Notes under the pieces: generated by a model
What the model was told of the DNA's origin: nothing
The model's input: the letters and a program-made list of their open reading frames with translations, nothing else
Databases searched by the model: none
Translations under genes and position numbers: made by a program
Shown: in pieces, positions 49,882 to 61,586 of the stretch
Position numbering within the stretch: the first letter of the stretch is position 1
Layout: each line of letters begins with the position of its first letter
From: Selaginella moellendorffii
Taxonomy: Eukaryota; Plantae; Lycopodiophyta
Direction of reading: 5' to 3'
NCBI RefSeq assembly: GCF_000143415.4
Contig: NW_003314321.1
Coordinates: 186,001-250,000 of the forward strand
DNA: 64,000 bases

Positions 49882-51608
49882 TTATGAGTGCATGGAATAT
49901 GGAAAAAGAATACAGAAAATATATATATCAATTAACCCAGAAACTTTAGCTTATATACAAGAGTGAGTGGTTCAGATTGAAACCAATCCAACAGTTACCA
50001 AAATCCCATTGTACTAATATTAGTATGTGACATCATAACAATACACTTGGATCTTACATCATCCTCTTATCTCAGAATAATGGAAGACCATCAAGGTTTT
50101 TTTGTAGATGGGCTGGGATCTGGAGGAATGTCAAGAGGAGGCATCGGTGGATTTGTACATGGTATTAATTATTCCTGATCAACCACTACATATACACAAT
50201 TTTTGGAAGATCAGCCTGTTGGATGTCATGTTGAACCTCATAAACTTGTGGTCCAACTTGCCGCAACACTTGATATAATCCTTTCCTATAACGCACCTTA
50301 TCTCTCTCTCCTTAAGCCAACTGGAAAAGGGGCAATTGCATAATGAGAGAACTCTTAGTGGCTATTTTATCCCTATTTATCCCCCAAGGTTCCAAGGATC
50401 GACAGTGACAGTATATCTAAATCTCATCCCATGATCACATGCACTACACTCACCCCCCTTCAAAGATGTCAATGTCTTCATTGACTATTAACTAACAACC
50501 CTTATTGAGCCAAGGGGAACCAACACCTTCATTTCCACGGGGATGGTCCAAAGTTGAGTTGAGCTCAATTCAACACAAGTCAACTCAAGTCAACATAGTC
50601 AATAAGAAATATTACAAAGGAGATCTAAATTGAACAAATGAAGGTTCTAGCAAACTTTAAAATATTAAAATACGTAAATATCTAAGTTAAAAGTTTCTAT
50701 AAGATTGAATTGTTTAAAAAAGACAAAGTTCATGAGAACCTATCTTTTATAAAACTATATTATTTTATTATAACAACTGTTACAGCTGTCATATTTGATT
50801 TGACTACTTAATATTTTGAATACTTTTACAGCTGTAGATACTATTCCTTCATTCAAAAGATTTTTTAGGGTTCTTGAGAAGATGGGAAGCAAGGAAAATA
50901 CAAAATCTGTTAGTAAGAGTTGTAGTGCAAAGGAATGTGAGAATGTTAATTTTGTTTCACTACCACAATCTCCATATTACACTCCTGGTCCTTATTACCC
51001 ATCTGGGAATGTGAAGACCACTATCATGATTGATAAAAATGCTCCTGTTACTTCTGAAACAACAATCCAGAGCAAGAGAAATGAAGAAATGAACAGCACA
51101 GCGGAAAGCACCAAGAAATCTACTCCATAAAACTTTCCATGACATTTGTAATTTACATATTAATTCATATTAAAAACTCTATTGCTTGCCTATATCGCAA
51201 TCCTCTCATATGATAAGACCAAGGTATATTTTGCAGTGAATCCTCATTAAAAGTTTTTGGGAATTGTTTGTAAATAATGATAAAAGAAATCAAAATCTTT
51301 CGAAAGACTCAAAAGTAATATCACATCAAAGAATCAACTTTATCTACATTTCCAAGACTAAAAGGCAATCTCACATGAGAGAATGGTAGCGTGCCAACGT
51401 GCTCTACCACTATAATATGGTTTATATTTCCTTGCAATTTATTTCCCTAGACATTTGGCATGTGTAGAAAAGAATATATGTGTAGCAAAGTAAGATTCAT
51501 CATAATGATAGAGTATGTGTATACATGATAATCTAAAATTCTAGAAGCTCTTATGTTTACAAGAAAGCTATGATTATGAAGCCCCATTTCCAAGACTGAC
51601 ATTTAAAA

Positions 51609-51792
51609 AATCTGAGTATTGTCAATGTCATAATAAATAAACCTCATTCCCAAAAATCTGAGTATTGTCAGTGTCATAATAAATAAACCTCATTCCCAAG
51701 AATCTGAGTATTGTCAGTGTCATAATAAATAAACCTCATTCCCAAGAATCTGAGTATTGTCAGTGTCATAATAAATAAACCTCATTCCCAAG
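51609..51792 (+). repeat. 46-bp tandem repeat x4
   Basis: AATCTGAGTATTGTCAGTGTCATAATAAATAAACCTCATTCCCAAG at 51609, 51655, 51701 and 51747. Confidence 0.97.
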
Positions 51793-51872
51793 ACTAAAAC
51801 TTAGTATATAAACTATCTAGAAAAGTTATAGTCATTGTAGGTTTTTTGTTCTCCTTAGAAGTTTATATTGAA

Positions 51873-52418
51873 ATGGCTCAAAGAAGACCCATTGCTAATC
51901 GTACTTGGCCCCCCAGCATTTCATATCAATCTCCACCTCCATCCCCAAGTTCTACCAACATTCCACCTTCACCTCTACATAACAATCCTTTTTCTGCTGA
52001 GGGCTCTAGTGAAGCTGAATTAGAGCTCCCTATATATGAAATTCCGGATCTTGCTACTAGAGAGGGATTGCCTTTAGCGCTTCAAGAGCAATGCCACATG
52101 TTTTTGCAAGATCTTGCTCCTGACATGGCAGGACTACTTGAAAGCACAGAACGCTATTACATTCGGTGTCCAATATGCTACTTTTTCTTGGACAAGACAA
52201 ATGGCTCTATGGGTTTACAAACTTTTCTTGAGCACTGTAAGAATTGCCCAACGGCAGGTCTGGAAAATGTGCACGTGTGGATGTACAATAGATTCAAGAA
52301 TGAGTTACAGACACATACCCACTATCGCTTCATGGTGAGGAACAACATCCCCTTGGGAAACACTGCATTGGCTAGTGCAAAATATGGGGTTTTTAGGCCA
52401 CCCTATAGTGGAATGTAA
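51873..52418 (+). CDS. Small MULE cargo ORF with zf-XS-like zinc finger
   Basis: Open 181-aa ORF with TATATAAA about 65 bp upstream. Pro/Ser-rich N-terminus; RCPIC..GLQTFLEHCKN..VH. Confidence 0.6.
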   Translation: MAQRRPIANRTWPPSISYQSPPPSPSSTNIPPSPLHNNPFSAEGSSEAELELPIYEIPDLATREGLPLALQEQCHMFLQDLAPDMAGLLESTERYYIRCPICYFFLDKTNGSMGLQTFLEHCKNCPTAGLENVHVWMYNRFKNELQTHTHYRFMVRNNIPLGNTALASAKYGVFRPPYSGM

Positions 52419-52630
52419 GATCTAGAATTACTTTACTATACTATAGTATTGTCACTATTAAAAGAAAAAATATAATAAAATGATATTAGTTGTAGGTAAC
52501 ATACCTTGTTCTAGAAGGTGCTATCATATCACATACAATTGTTTACAAAATGTTGAAGGAGGAGATGGCAACACACAAACGCTACAAAGTGATGGTGACA
52601 GGTGAGAATGATAATCTATAATTATGGTAT

Positions 52631-52690
52631 CTGACACTGACACTGACATCTGACAATTTTACTGACGTCTGACACTTTCACTGACATCTA
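52631..52690 (+). repeat. CTGACA micro-array
   Basis: Seven CTGAC(A/G) units within 60 bp. Confidence 0.8.
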
Positions 52691-52936
52691 ACATATAACA
52701 AGCTTTCCATTTTATGTAAAGATGCAATTAACTTTCTTCTGCCTCATCATTAACATAATGATTTCTTTTATACTTCCTCCTATAGTGGTATTGTGGGGAA
52801 GATTCACCTTGCATATGTTGAGCCATGGCTTCTGCATAGTCAGGAAGACTTCCAAAGCCTCCAATTCTAGAAACTCCAGGTGACTGTGATCTATAAAATA
52901 GAATGAAATATATATTGAAATTTTAATAAACATAAT

Positions 52937-55900
52937 TTACCTCCTTGAGGTTGAAGGCAACTCACGAAATCCTCTGAGCTGGCGTTTGAAGAAATGATGT
53001 TCTTCAATAACAAACACCGACCTACTAGAGTCACATGCTGCCTCCACGATAGAACCGCTACCTACTGTGCAATCAATCACAATACCATCTGGTGGGCAAT
53101 AGAGCTCAAGCAAGACTTGCATTGCTGATGGAGTTCGGAATCGGTACCCTGGAAACGTGTTGCGGATCTGCTCATCCACAAGGTTGGGTATGATGTTAGT
53201 GGAACTGTCGTACCCAGGCAAAACACGTGTTGCACGTTCGCTATCACGAAACCCATCATGTGTGTTTCTGTAGAAGGCATGATAGGTCCACATCATAACC
53301 TGGAAAATAAAAATGTTTAGAAATTAGATAAAAATATAAAATACATACTCACCTTTTCAGGCTTCCCTTGGACGCCCCTCGTATCAACGCCAATAGGATC
53401 TATAATGCACCCGGAAGAGAATGACTTGAAATGAACTTCTGCTGCCCACGTCATAAGCTCATACATCCAGTTGGGGTCGTTCGGTAGGATGAAGACGACA
53501 TGGCCAGCTTCGAGCATAAGTACTTCGGACAATAGGAATGCATCGCGCAAGTGGTCAGGTGTGAGAAAGTTCCAATCCTCAACTTTCCTATCGATATCTG
53601 AAAGACCATCTGGAAAGTCAAAGAGAATGAAGTCTGCAACTGGGAGCACGGGCCTTTGTATCTTTCGGCACCAATGGTTGAACTGGCGGCGTATATCCAT
53701 GTTGATGTCGTCTTCCGTGAAAGATGTCAATAATCTACTATAAGAGCCAATGAAGATACCCACAATGCCTCATTGTGTTATTGGGGACACAGGATGGACC
53801 TATAAAAGAGCTAAGTGAATGAAAAAAGTAATAAATAGTATGATACCGTCATATGGCGTGTTGTCGATGAGAGTTCCTCCAACTCCTTTTCACGAGCATG
53901 TCATCGAGCTGGAATGAAATTACTACCAACAATCATTGCTGCAAAAAATATGTATTACCACCTTTAGTTTGTAAAATTTACTTTTGCTTACCTCGAGGTC
54001 GACGTGATATTCTGTGAACCACTTGATCATCGTTATTTACTGGTAGAACCTGATCCGGATCTTGATCGTTTGATGGTTGAATTGGAGCCTGTTCCTGACT
54101 GTCTGGTGGTGGAACACGAACTTGATCTGGAGCTTCCTCATCCTCGTCTCCATCGTCACTTGCATTGCCATCGTTGCTAGCATTGATAATTTCCTCGCGA
54201 TCTAGTGTAGAGGTCTCCTTCCCTAGGAGCTCCAACTCCCAAGGGCATTCTATCTTCCGTGCCTTCGGAACTCTCGCAAACATTGTTGGATACATTCTTC
54301 CATCTCTTACACCCTTTGCAACAAGTCGAGTGCAAACTGGTGCCTCAAATGGCATGCCTCTATATCGAAGATACCTGTAAACAATATATATTAAAAAACA
54401 GTCTTAGAAATCATATTATACCTATAAACTGCACGTCGCATGAAATAAGGTTGACCATGTTGGCAATCATAAGTTGTTGTGCTTGTAGACTTCTCTGGCA
54501 GCCACCCCTCTTCGATCCCTTCCAATGACATGTTGATATAGGTGTCGAAAGACATGAATGTGCCATCTGAATCGTCACTAATGTGTGGTGCCAAGAACTT
54601 CTCACCTTCACTTATAGTTTGCGTGATGTAAACAGCCCTTCTCATCATGTTCTCAAATAGTTCTAGCAGTCCTTTCTCTCTGTTCATCAAGCAGACATTG
54701 AGGAACTCTAGAGTCTCTATCTATTGCTTGTATGGAAGCTTCGATTTTGCGATATTGTAAATCATGTCATTTGGAGTTTTGTTCACTGCAAAAGTAACAT
54801 ATGCATAATTAAGAAAAATGCAGTGTGATAAAAAACTTACATTCATGAGAAGAAATTTCGGCTATAGTCTCTAGCCACTCCTTCGGCCTGCGATTGTCTG
54901 CAATGCATACTAGTTTCTTCAACTTTGAGGACTTTGCATGCTGAATTTTGTGCTCAATTTGTACAAACTCAGATGAGAGTTCTTCCCGACTCTTCTCCGA
55001 ATATGCAAGTTCGTAAGCATCCTGCTTGACTTTCACCAAAGGCTAAAAACCAAAACAATTAAAAGAGGCTTTTATAAAATAAAAGGGAAAGACATGCCTT
55101 ACACCACACAGCGAGCATAAAATTGATTGGGTTGTTGAACCAAGTTGTACCGTCATTTCGAGTGCGTGAGTGCCGAACAAGTGTTGCGAGATCATCACCA
55201 TAATGTTGGCGGATGTCATCCTCACTCAAGTCTGCCAAAAATTGAAATTGCTTGATGTCATGGACAAGATTTTGTTTTTGAACAGCGAACTGCCCAAGCC
55301 TACATTTAAACACAACAAAACAAGTTAAAATGGAGTTAGAGGTAAAATTATAAAACTTATGCATTGATCTTTTGGCAGGCCAAGATAAGTCTGTTGACAT
55401 CCAAAGGTCCCCTCGCGTAGACATGGCCAACTAGAACGTTGATATGGTAGACGGGATCATCGCGAAAGTGATCGTCGATACACTTCATCCAAGCTCCATA
55501 TCAGTGGTTACCGTCAATAATTTGGAACATTGTCCCCGTAAGCTGTCGAGTCTCAGGATGTCTGATAAGCATGTCATCAAATTCTAGGGACTTCCTCCTC
55601 CAAATAGGATCCCAGCTATTCACAATCTCGGGTGTGACAGTAATGATCTCCATTGTTTCTGGCTTGCAAAAAGAGACTAGAAACATACCGATATTTGTTG
55701 CAAGGCCATTCTGTTTGAACAAGCTGTATATATCGGGGTTGACATACTTGGATGCTATGCGGACAAGGTTCGTTTGCTGCAAACGGCAAAGGGGGATTTC
55801 TCTTATCAAGTCACAAGGGCCTGGCCATTTGAGCGCCTCAAGTGTTTGGTGAACTGCTTTTTCCCTTGTCCGCATAACAGTCTCTTGGAAGCGCTTGTCC

Positions 55901-56298
55901 ACCACGTTGTCAGGAAGGTCTGCAACTCTTTCAGCTCCAGGCTGTTCCTCAGGTTCCATATCGTGAACACCACTAGATTGCCCAACTTCAGGGATTTGCG
56001 TTGGTGGTGGTGGCGGTGGTGGTGGGGGCAGAGGCAATAGTGGCAGTGGTGGTGGCAATGGTGGTGGTGGCGGTGGTGGCAGTGGCAGAGGCAATAGTGG
56101 CAGTGGTGGTGGCAATGGTGGTGGTGGCGGTGGCGATGAAGGTGGTGGAGGTGGTGATGGAGGTGGTGGAGGTGGCGATGGCGGTGGTGGAGGTGGTGAT
56201 GGTGGAGGTGATGGTGGTGGAGGTGGTGATGGTGGAGGTGATGGTGGTGGAGGTGGTGAATCTCTAACTAAATGTGTCTCTGTTGTGCCAATGGACAT
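52937..56298 (-). pseudogene. Pro-rich + ParB/Srx-like + beta-class N6/N4 DNA methyltransferase-like gene (multi-exon, premature stop)
   Basis: FQIIDGNH*YGAW (TGA at 55503-55501 in place of the ParB Arg). ADFILFDFPDG (motif IV position) precedes LLELYCPPDGIVIDCTVGSGSIVEAACDSSRSVFVIE (motif X/I/II). Short AT-rich introns. True 5' and 3' ends uncertain. Confidence 0.75.
56001..56258 (+). repeat. GGT-rich microsatellite encoding poly-proline on the minus strand
   Basis: (GGT/GGC/GGA)n giving SPPPPP repeats. Confidence 0.9.
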
Positions 56299-56430
56299 GT
56301 CGATTGTGATGTCGTCGTCAGTGCCAAATTGAACTTCTCATGTCTTCTTGGCTCCAACAACCTTTTTATGTGTTACAATTTTCCTTTTCTACAAGAGAAA
56401 AAGTTTTGTTAGTCAAACTAAATAAAGATA

Positions 56431-56628
56431 NNNNNNNNNNNNNNNNNNNNNNNNNNNNNNNNNNNNNNNNNNNNNNNNNNNNNNNNNNNNNNNNNNNNNN
56501 NNNNNNNNNNNNNNNNNNNNNNNNNNNNNNNNNNNNNNNNNNNNNNNNNNNNNNNNNNNNNNNNNNNNNNNNNNNNNNNNNNNNNNNNNNNNNNNNNNNN
56601 NNNNNNNNNNNNNNNNNNNNNNNNNNNN
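56431..56628. other. Assembly gap (N run)
   Basis: 198 N. Confidence 1.
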
Positions 56629-56780
56629 TCGGCCCCTCGGCAAGCAAAACTACCCGAGGTGGCCGGCCCGAGCTCAAGCTCGGGCAGTTTTGCTCGCCGA
56701 GGGGCCGAGGTTATTTGAATAACCTCGGCCCCTCGGCGAGCAAAAATGCCCGAGGTGGCCGGCCCGAGCTTGATCTCGGC
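56629..56780. repeat. GC-rich direct plus inverted repeat
   Basis: TCGGCCCCTCGGC(A/G)AGCAAAA..CCCGAGGTGGCCGGCCCGAGCT occurs twice, with an inverted copy TTTTGCTCGCCGAGGGGCCGAG between. Confidence 0.85.
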
Positions 56781-56925
56781 CAGCAAAGAAGCAATCAAGG
56801 AAAAAAAAGGGAAGCAATGGAATGGAAGCAATGGACTCAAAAAATGGAAGTGGAAGCAATCAAATCGAAACTCACCCTTGGTGGCATCTTTCCTCCCTTG
56901 ATTTCTTGATCGTGCTAGATTTCTT

Positions 56926-57271
56926 GTGCGCTCAATCTCTCCCGCTCGCGCACTCAATCTCTCCCGCTCGCGCGCTCAAACTCTCCCGCTTGCGCGCTCA
57001 ATCTCTCCCGCTCGCGCGCTCAATCTCTCCGGCTCGCGCGCTCAATCTCTCCGGCTCGCGCGCTCAAACTCTCCCGCTTGCGCGCTCAAACTCTCCCGCT
57101 TGCGCGCTCAATCTCTCCCGCTCGCGCGCTCAATCTCTCCCGCTCGCGCGCTCAATCTCTCCCGCTCATGCGCTCAATCTCTCGATCTCTTGCGCGCTCA
57201 ATCACTTGATCTCCTTCACGCTCAATCCCTCGATCTCCTTCGCGCTCAATCTCTCGATCTCTCGCGCGCTC
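56926..57271 (+). repeat. 22-bp CpG-rich minisatellite (about 11 copies plus degenerate tail)
   Basis: CTCAATCTCTCCCGCTCGCGCG at 56931, 56953, 56975, 56997 and onward. Confidence 0.95.
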
Positions 57272-58424
57272 CACTCACGATGTGAACAGTAACCTAATCT
57301 TGGCGGCTACCCTAACCCTAATCCTGACGGCTGCCCTAACCCTAACCAATCTCTAATCCTGGCCATTCATTCCGAATAACCTAAATCTCAACCATCACAA
57401 TATCTTTGATCTTATTTTATCTTATCATTATTATTATATGTAAATTATGCTTCTTTATTTTGTATATTTTAATGATGGTATAACTAGCACCTATCAACAT
57501 TTCTGTTATTAGAGATATGATATTATATTTTACAAATTATCTAGAAATGATGCATTCTCATCAATATTTTGTACATATTTTGGAATCGTTACAAGAACTT
57601 CAAAGAGTATAAATAAGGCACATTAAAATATGTTGTACTATATCCATCTATGAATGGATGAATCCTCATCCAGAAATTTATTTTGTGTTGTATTAGATCC
57701 TAAACAATAGGCACATGCTTTAAATGTCATTGAGCAGTGTTCACAATTATGGATAAAACTTGAGTTGTACTACGAATCAAATCTGTTATTGAAGAATAAG
57801 ATTTGACAAGATTTATTATCATCTACCACTTAAAATTTGACAACTTGACATATCACACGTGCTGATAGTTAGATTGGATCTCTTGGTTTGACACGTTATA
57901 GCAGAATGTCATTACTGGTATCATTATTAACTATCAAACTTCACGTGCTGAAAATCTTTCCTTGGATCTATGTGTATACATGCATCAGACATCATAATAG
58001 ATGACAGTAATATTAATACTGTCACACTTACACATGTTAAATTTGCTATAGAATTTAAATTCATTTTGTACGTTGTCTTCTTATTACTCTATTTAAATTT
58101 CAATTATGTTTCACTATAGATTTTTACAAGTAGCATAAAGAGAGAGAACTCCAAAACCTATTGAGAAGGATGGAGAGGTTTCTTCTTCATTTTCGAGATC
58201 ACCCACCTCTTTCATTCTCTCAGAGTATTGTTTCTGAAAGTTTTTTATGTCGGCATTTTGATCTTCGTCTTGGCTCTATTTCTTTAGAGGCTGTGATCTG
58301 CAACGACACCGGTATAGTTGCATACTCGGAGTTTCTTCTTTCTGGTGTGGGCGAGGGTGGACAACAATGGGATTTACAAAATTCCAAGTCGAAGGAGATT
58401 CGAGTGTTCAGATCTCTAGTCAAA

Positions 58425-61400
58425 ATGCCAAAATGCGCTCCAGCGAAAGTGAATGTGAAGCAAGAGTCAGTCGTTATCCTCTCGTCCTCTTCTAGTTCAA
58501 GTGGAGATGTCATGCTAGTGTCGGCACCAAATTCACCAGCTCCAGCTCCAACTTCAGCAATATTCAAAGCCGTTAGCAATGCTTTCCAGTTTTCACGCCT
58601 CTCAATCGACGTGCACTTGTTTTTGTATAGGCTTGTGAGTGAGCTTCCATCCTCCTACAACGGCAACATTTTCTTCGAGCTACCACCTCTTGTCAGCAGC
58701 ACAGGTTCCAAACGGAAGGGGATGGAAACCAAGCAGGATGTCCACAATTGGTGCAAGATCAAGACCACACACTTCCAACATTTTGAAGGCACAGTGTCTA
58801 TAGTTCATTGTGGCAGGCATTTAGATTGTGTGGATGAAGCATGCAATCGAGACTGCTCTAGAAACTCTATATTTTTCGAAGGGTTTGCAGTCAATCCTCC
58901 AGCCTATGACACCATTGCTGTTGGATTCAAATGTCGATTCAGCAAAAATGCTCCTCTATGTCATGCTATCTGCGAGGCCAAGATGTACTACTTTCTTCCA
59001 CGGGATGGAGTGGCTGGAAGAGCTGTAGTGCATGTTGGCACACATATGCATCCAATGTAGGTAGGGATACAAAGGAGTTTTCTCAACCGTTTCAAAGATG
59101 CTATACAGGAAGAGACTATGAGAAACTCATCTGCAACTCCGAAGCATGTTCAGAAGACCGTCCTCAAGGATTTTATCGCAAATACCTTACTCAATCCAGG
59201 TTGCCAAAAGACTCAACTAAACGAGGCTAGTTTGCGGGACTTACTACGAGGAGTACAACTTGCTACTAGCCTAAGGAGGTACATCTGTTATTTTTCATAC
59301 GTTATAATAATAATTTTTTCTTACATTATATTGTTTAGGATAAAATCTTGGATGTGTGAATCTCGAGAGGGGAAGTTGCAATAAAAAATTGACTCCATCC
59401 TTGAATTGAAATGAACTTGTTCATACGAGTTCATCCACGGAAGTTTGTTTCCAGACCAAGTTGTGAATGAGCAAGAGCGCCCCTTCGTCTTCAAAATGTC
59501 TACCATGGGCCCTGCCTCTGGCGTAGATCTTGTCTCCCAAATGGACATGTTTGGGTCCAGTGACCTTGCAAATGCATGGGTACATTTTGACCATATGGAG
59601 CGTGTATCCGGTTGGACAACCATGGGAGCTCATGTGTATGATCCAAGGTAATTTTAATTCTCATTATATTGAAATTGTTATAATATTTATGTTTTCATAG
59701 GCTACGTTGTAACTTAACAATTGCGACAGCAGAGTTTAAAGTACAAGACCAGACAGCACAGGAAATTTTTGGAAGTCCCTCTTTGATATTGTCCTAAAGC
59801 GGACTGGTAAGCCTGCAAACTTTCATGGTTTCATGGCAGATGGGGCTAATGCAAACTGGAATGGTATCCAAGCAGTTTTTGGGAATGGTCAACCATTGAA
59901 AGGTCGTGAGAGGACTTGTGAGTTCCATTGGGCTCAAAGCCTAAACCAGCACTGCCACCTTATCAAGCCAAAGTTTCAATCAATATTTAAGGAGTTGTGC
60001 AAACAATGGCAGGTTGCACCTTCTGAAGAAGAGCATGAGGTAAAAGCAAACGAGATCCGAATGTGGTGGCGTAAAGATGGCCATACAAACATAAGTTGCT
60101 TACCACAACTTGAGTCATGGTTAGGATGGTGGGAAGTTAGGATGTTCCAATGGGGACATCACTCTTTTCAGGTTGGTTTATATTTTTTCTTCTCCTTTTA
60201 TTACCTTTTAATATTGCTTTTTCCATTAGGATCAACCACTTGAGGACCTCGCATACACCCCAACTGTGAATCTCTCCGAAAGTAAGCATTGGAGTTGGCG
60301 TTCCTCTGAGGCAAGGAAAGGGAAGATGAGTCTATACGAAGCCTGTCTATCAGATTTGATACGTGCTATAGAGCAATCTTCAAAAGCACTGGCATTCGAG
60401 GAAGGAAGATACATGGGAACAGGGCCTTCTGTTGAGATGTTACATGATAGGATGAAGAGAAAATTAACTCCACCCGCCCGAACAGTGGCAACTGCAGTTG
60501 AGGAAGTGGTCCGTGGCACATCTATGGAGTACACTCCCCGAGCTTCTATTGGTGATATGAAGACTGTCCGCTCAAAGCGTCGTTTTTCCTTTGCTGGGGA
60601 AGATGTTGGTATAGACCTTGGAGCAAAAAGCTCTCACAGGCCTGATGTTGAGTACCATTCTGCTCCAAGACACCGCTCTTGGACCAAGCCACCTCAAGTG
60701 GCTGATGAAGAGAGTGCATTGCAACAGGTTGAAATTGCTTACCGTAGCGTGGAGCCGAAACAATGGGCAATCCGACACGTGCCAGCAAAATCGAATGTAA
60801 GGTGTGTGGGGATGCTTTCGAGGGGCAAGTGTTGGGCCTGGATTCGTGGTGAAAAATCTGCTTCTATTCCAGCCCCATGTTTCTATGGGGAACGAAAGCA
60901 AGCAGGATTTTCAAGATGGTGCTGGCTATATTGTTGCAACACCGACGCCAACCATAAGAAGCGGCTTGAAGACACTATAATGACTAAACCTGATGCAGTA
61001 CCTAAAGAATGGCCGGTTGCTAATGGGGTCACGCTCACCTCGAATGAGATTGAAAACCTTGAGAAATCTGGTTTTAATCTTGAGAGGAGAGTTGGAGACA
61101 TGAGTGACAGGAGTAGGACTATTCCTACAGAGATGCACAGGAGGCCAGCACGAAAAGGTAAGGCAGTTAAATTTATTGGTACCATCTCCAAGCAGAAGCA
61201 AGGTAAAATAAATTTGGCTCAAACCCTTGAGTGTGAGATTCTCTCCATGAAGTACATCACTGCGCTTGCAAAGGAGTACACAGTCAAAACAAAAGGTGGA
61301 GAGTACACAATTGCCATTCACGACTTTCCTTCTTGCACATGTCCAGACTTTATGAAGCGCGAGGAACATGGGAAGGCATATGCTCCTTGCAAGCATATGT

Positions 61401-61507
61401 ACTACATCTTCATCAACATCTTGCACCAAGATTCTAAAGTGGATATTCATATACACCAAGCAAGCCTTACTATTGTTGAGTTGCAGAAAACTTTTGGAGC
61501 TAATTAG
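58425..61507 (+). pseudogene. MULE transposase (WRKY/GCM-like Zn finger, DDE core, SWIM finger), inactivated
   Basis: C..C..HVGTHMHP; WVHFDH (D1); FMADGANANWNG (D2); RTCEFHW (CxxH); NLSESKH (E); SCTCPDF..PCKHMY (SWIM). In-frame stops near 59058 and 59382. Confidence 0.9.
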
Positions 61508-61586
61508 ATTTCTCCAACACTATCGATGTTTATTCTCTATCAATAAAACTTATTATACTTTATATAATTAATACAAATATGCTTTT

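Noticed and set aside
50816-51130. 104-aa ORF near the MULE left end
   Set aside because: No recognisable motif and low complexity; cannot be supported as a gene, though it could be another cargo remnant.
51609-51792. CRISPR-like appearance of the 46-bp repeats
   Set aside because: Units are contiguous with no unique spacers, there are no cas genes, and the context is eukaryotic.
56001-56258. Extensin gene
   Set aside because: No signal peptide or Tyr motifs; the poly-Pro tract is in frame with the ParB-like domain.
56822-57292. ORFs of 156 and 119 aa with repeated peptides
   Set aside because: Translations of the 22-bp minisatellite.
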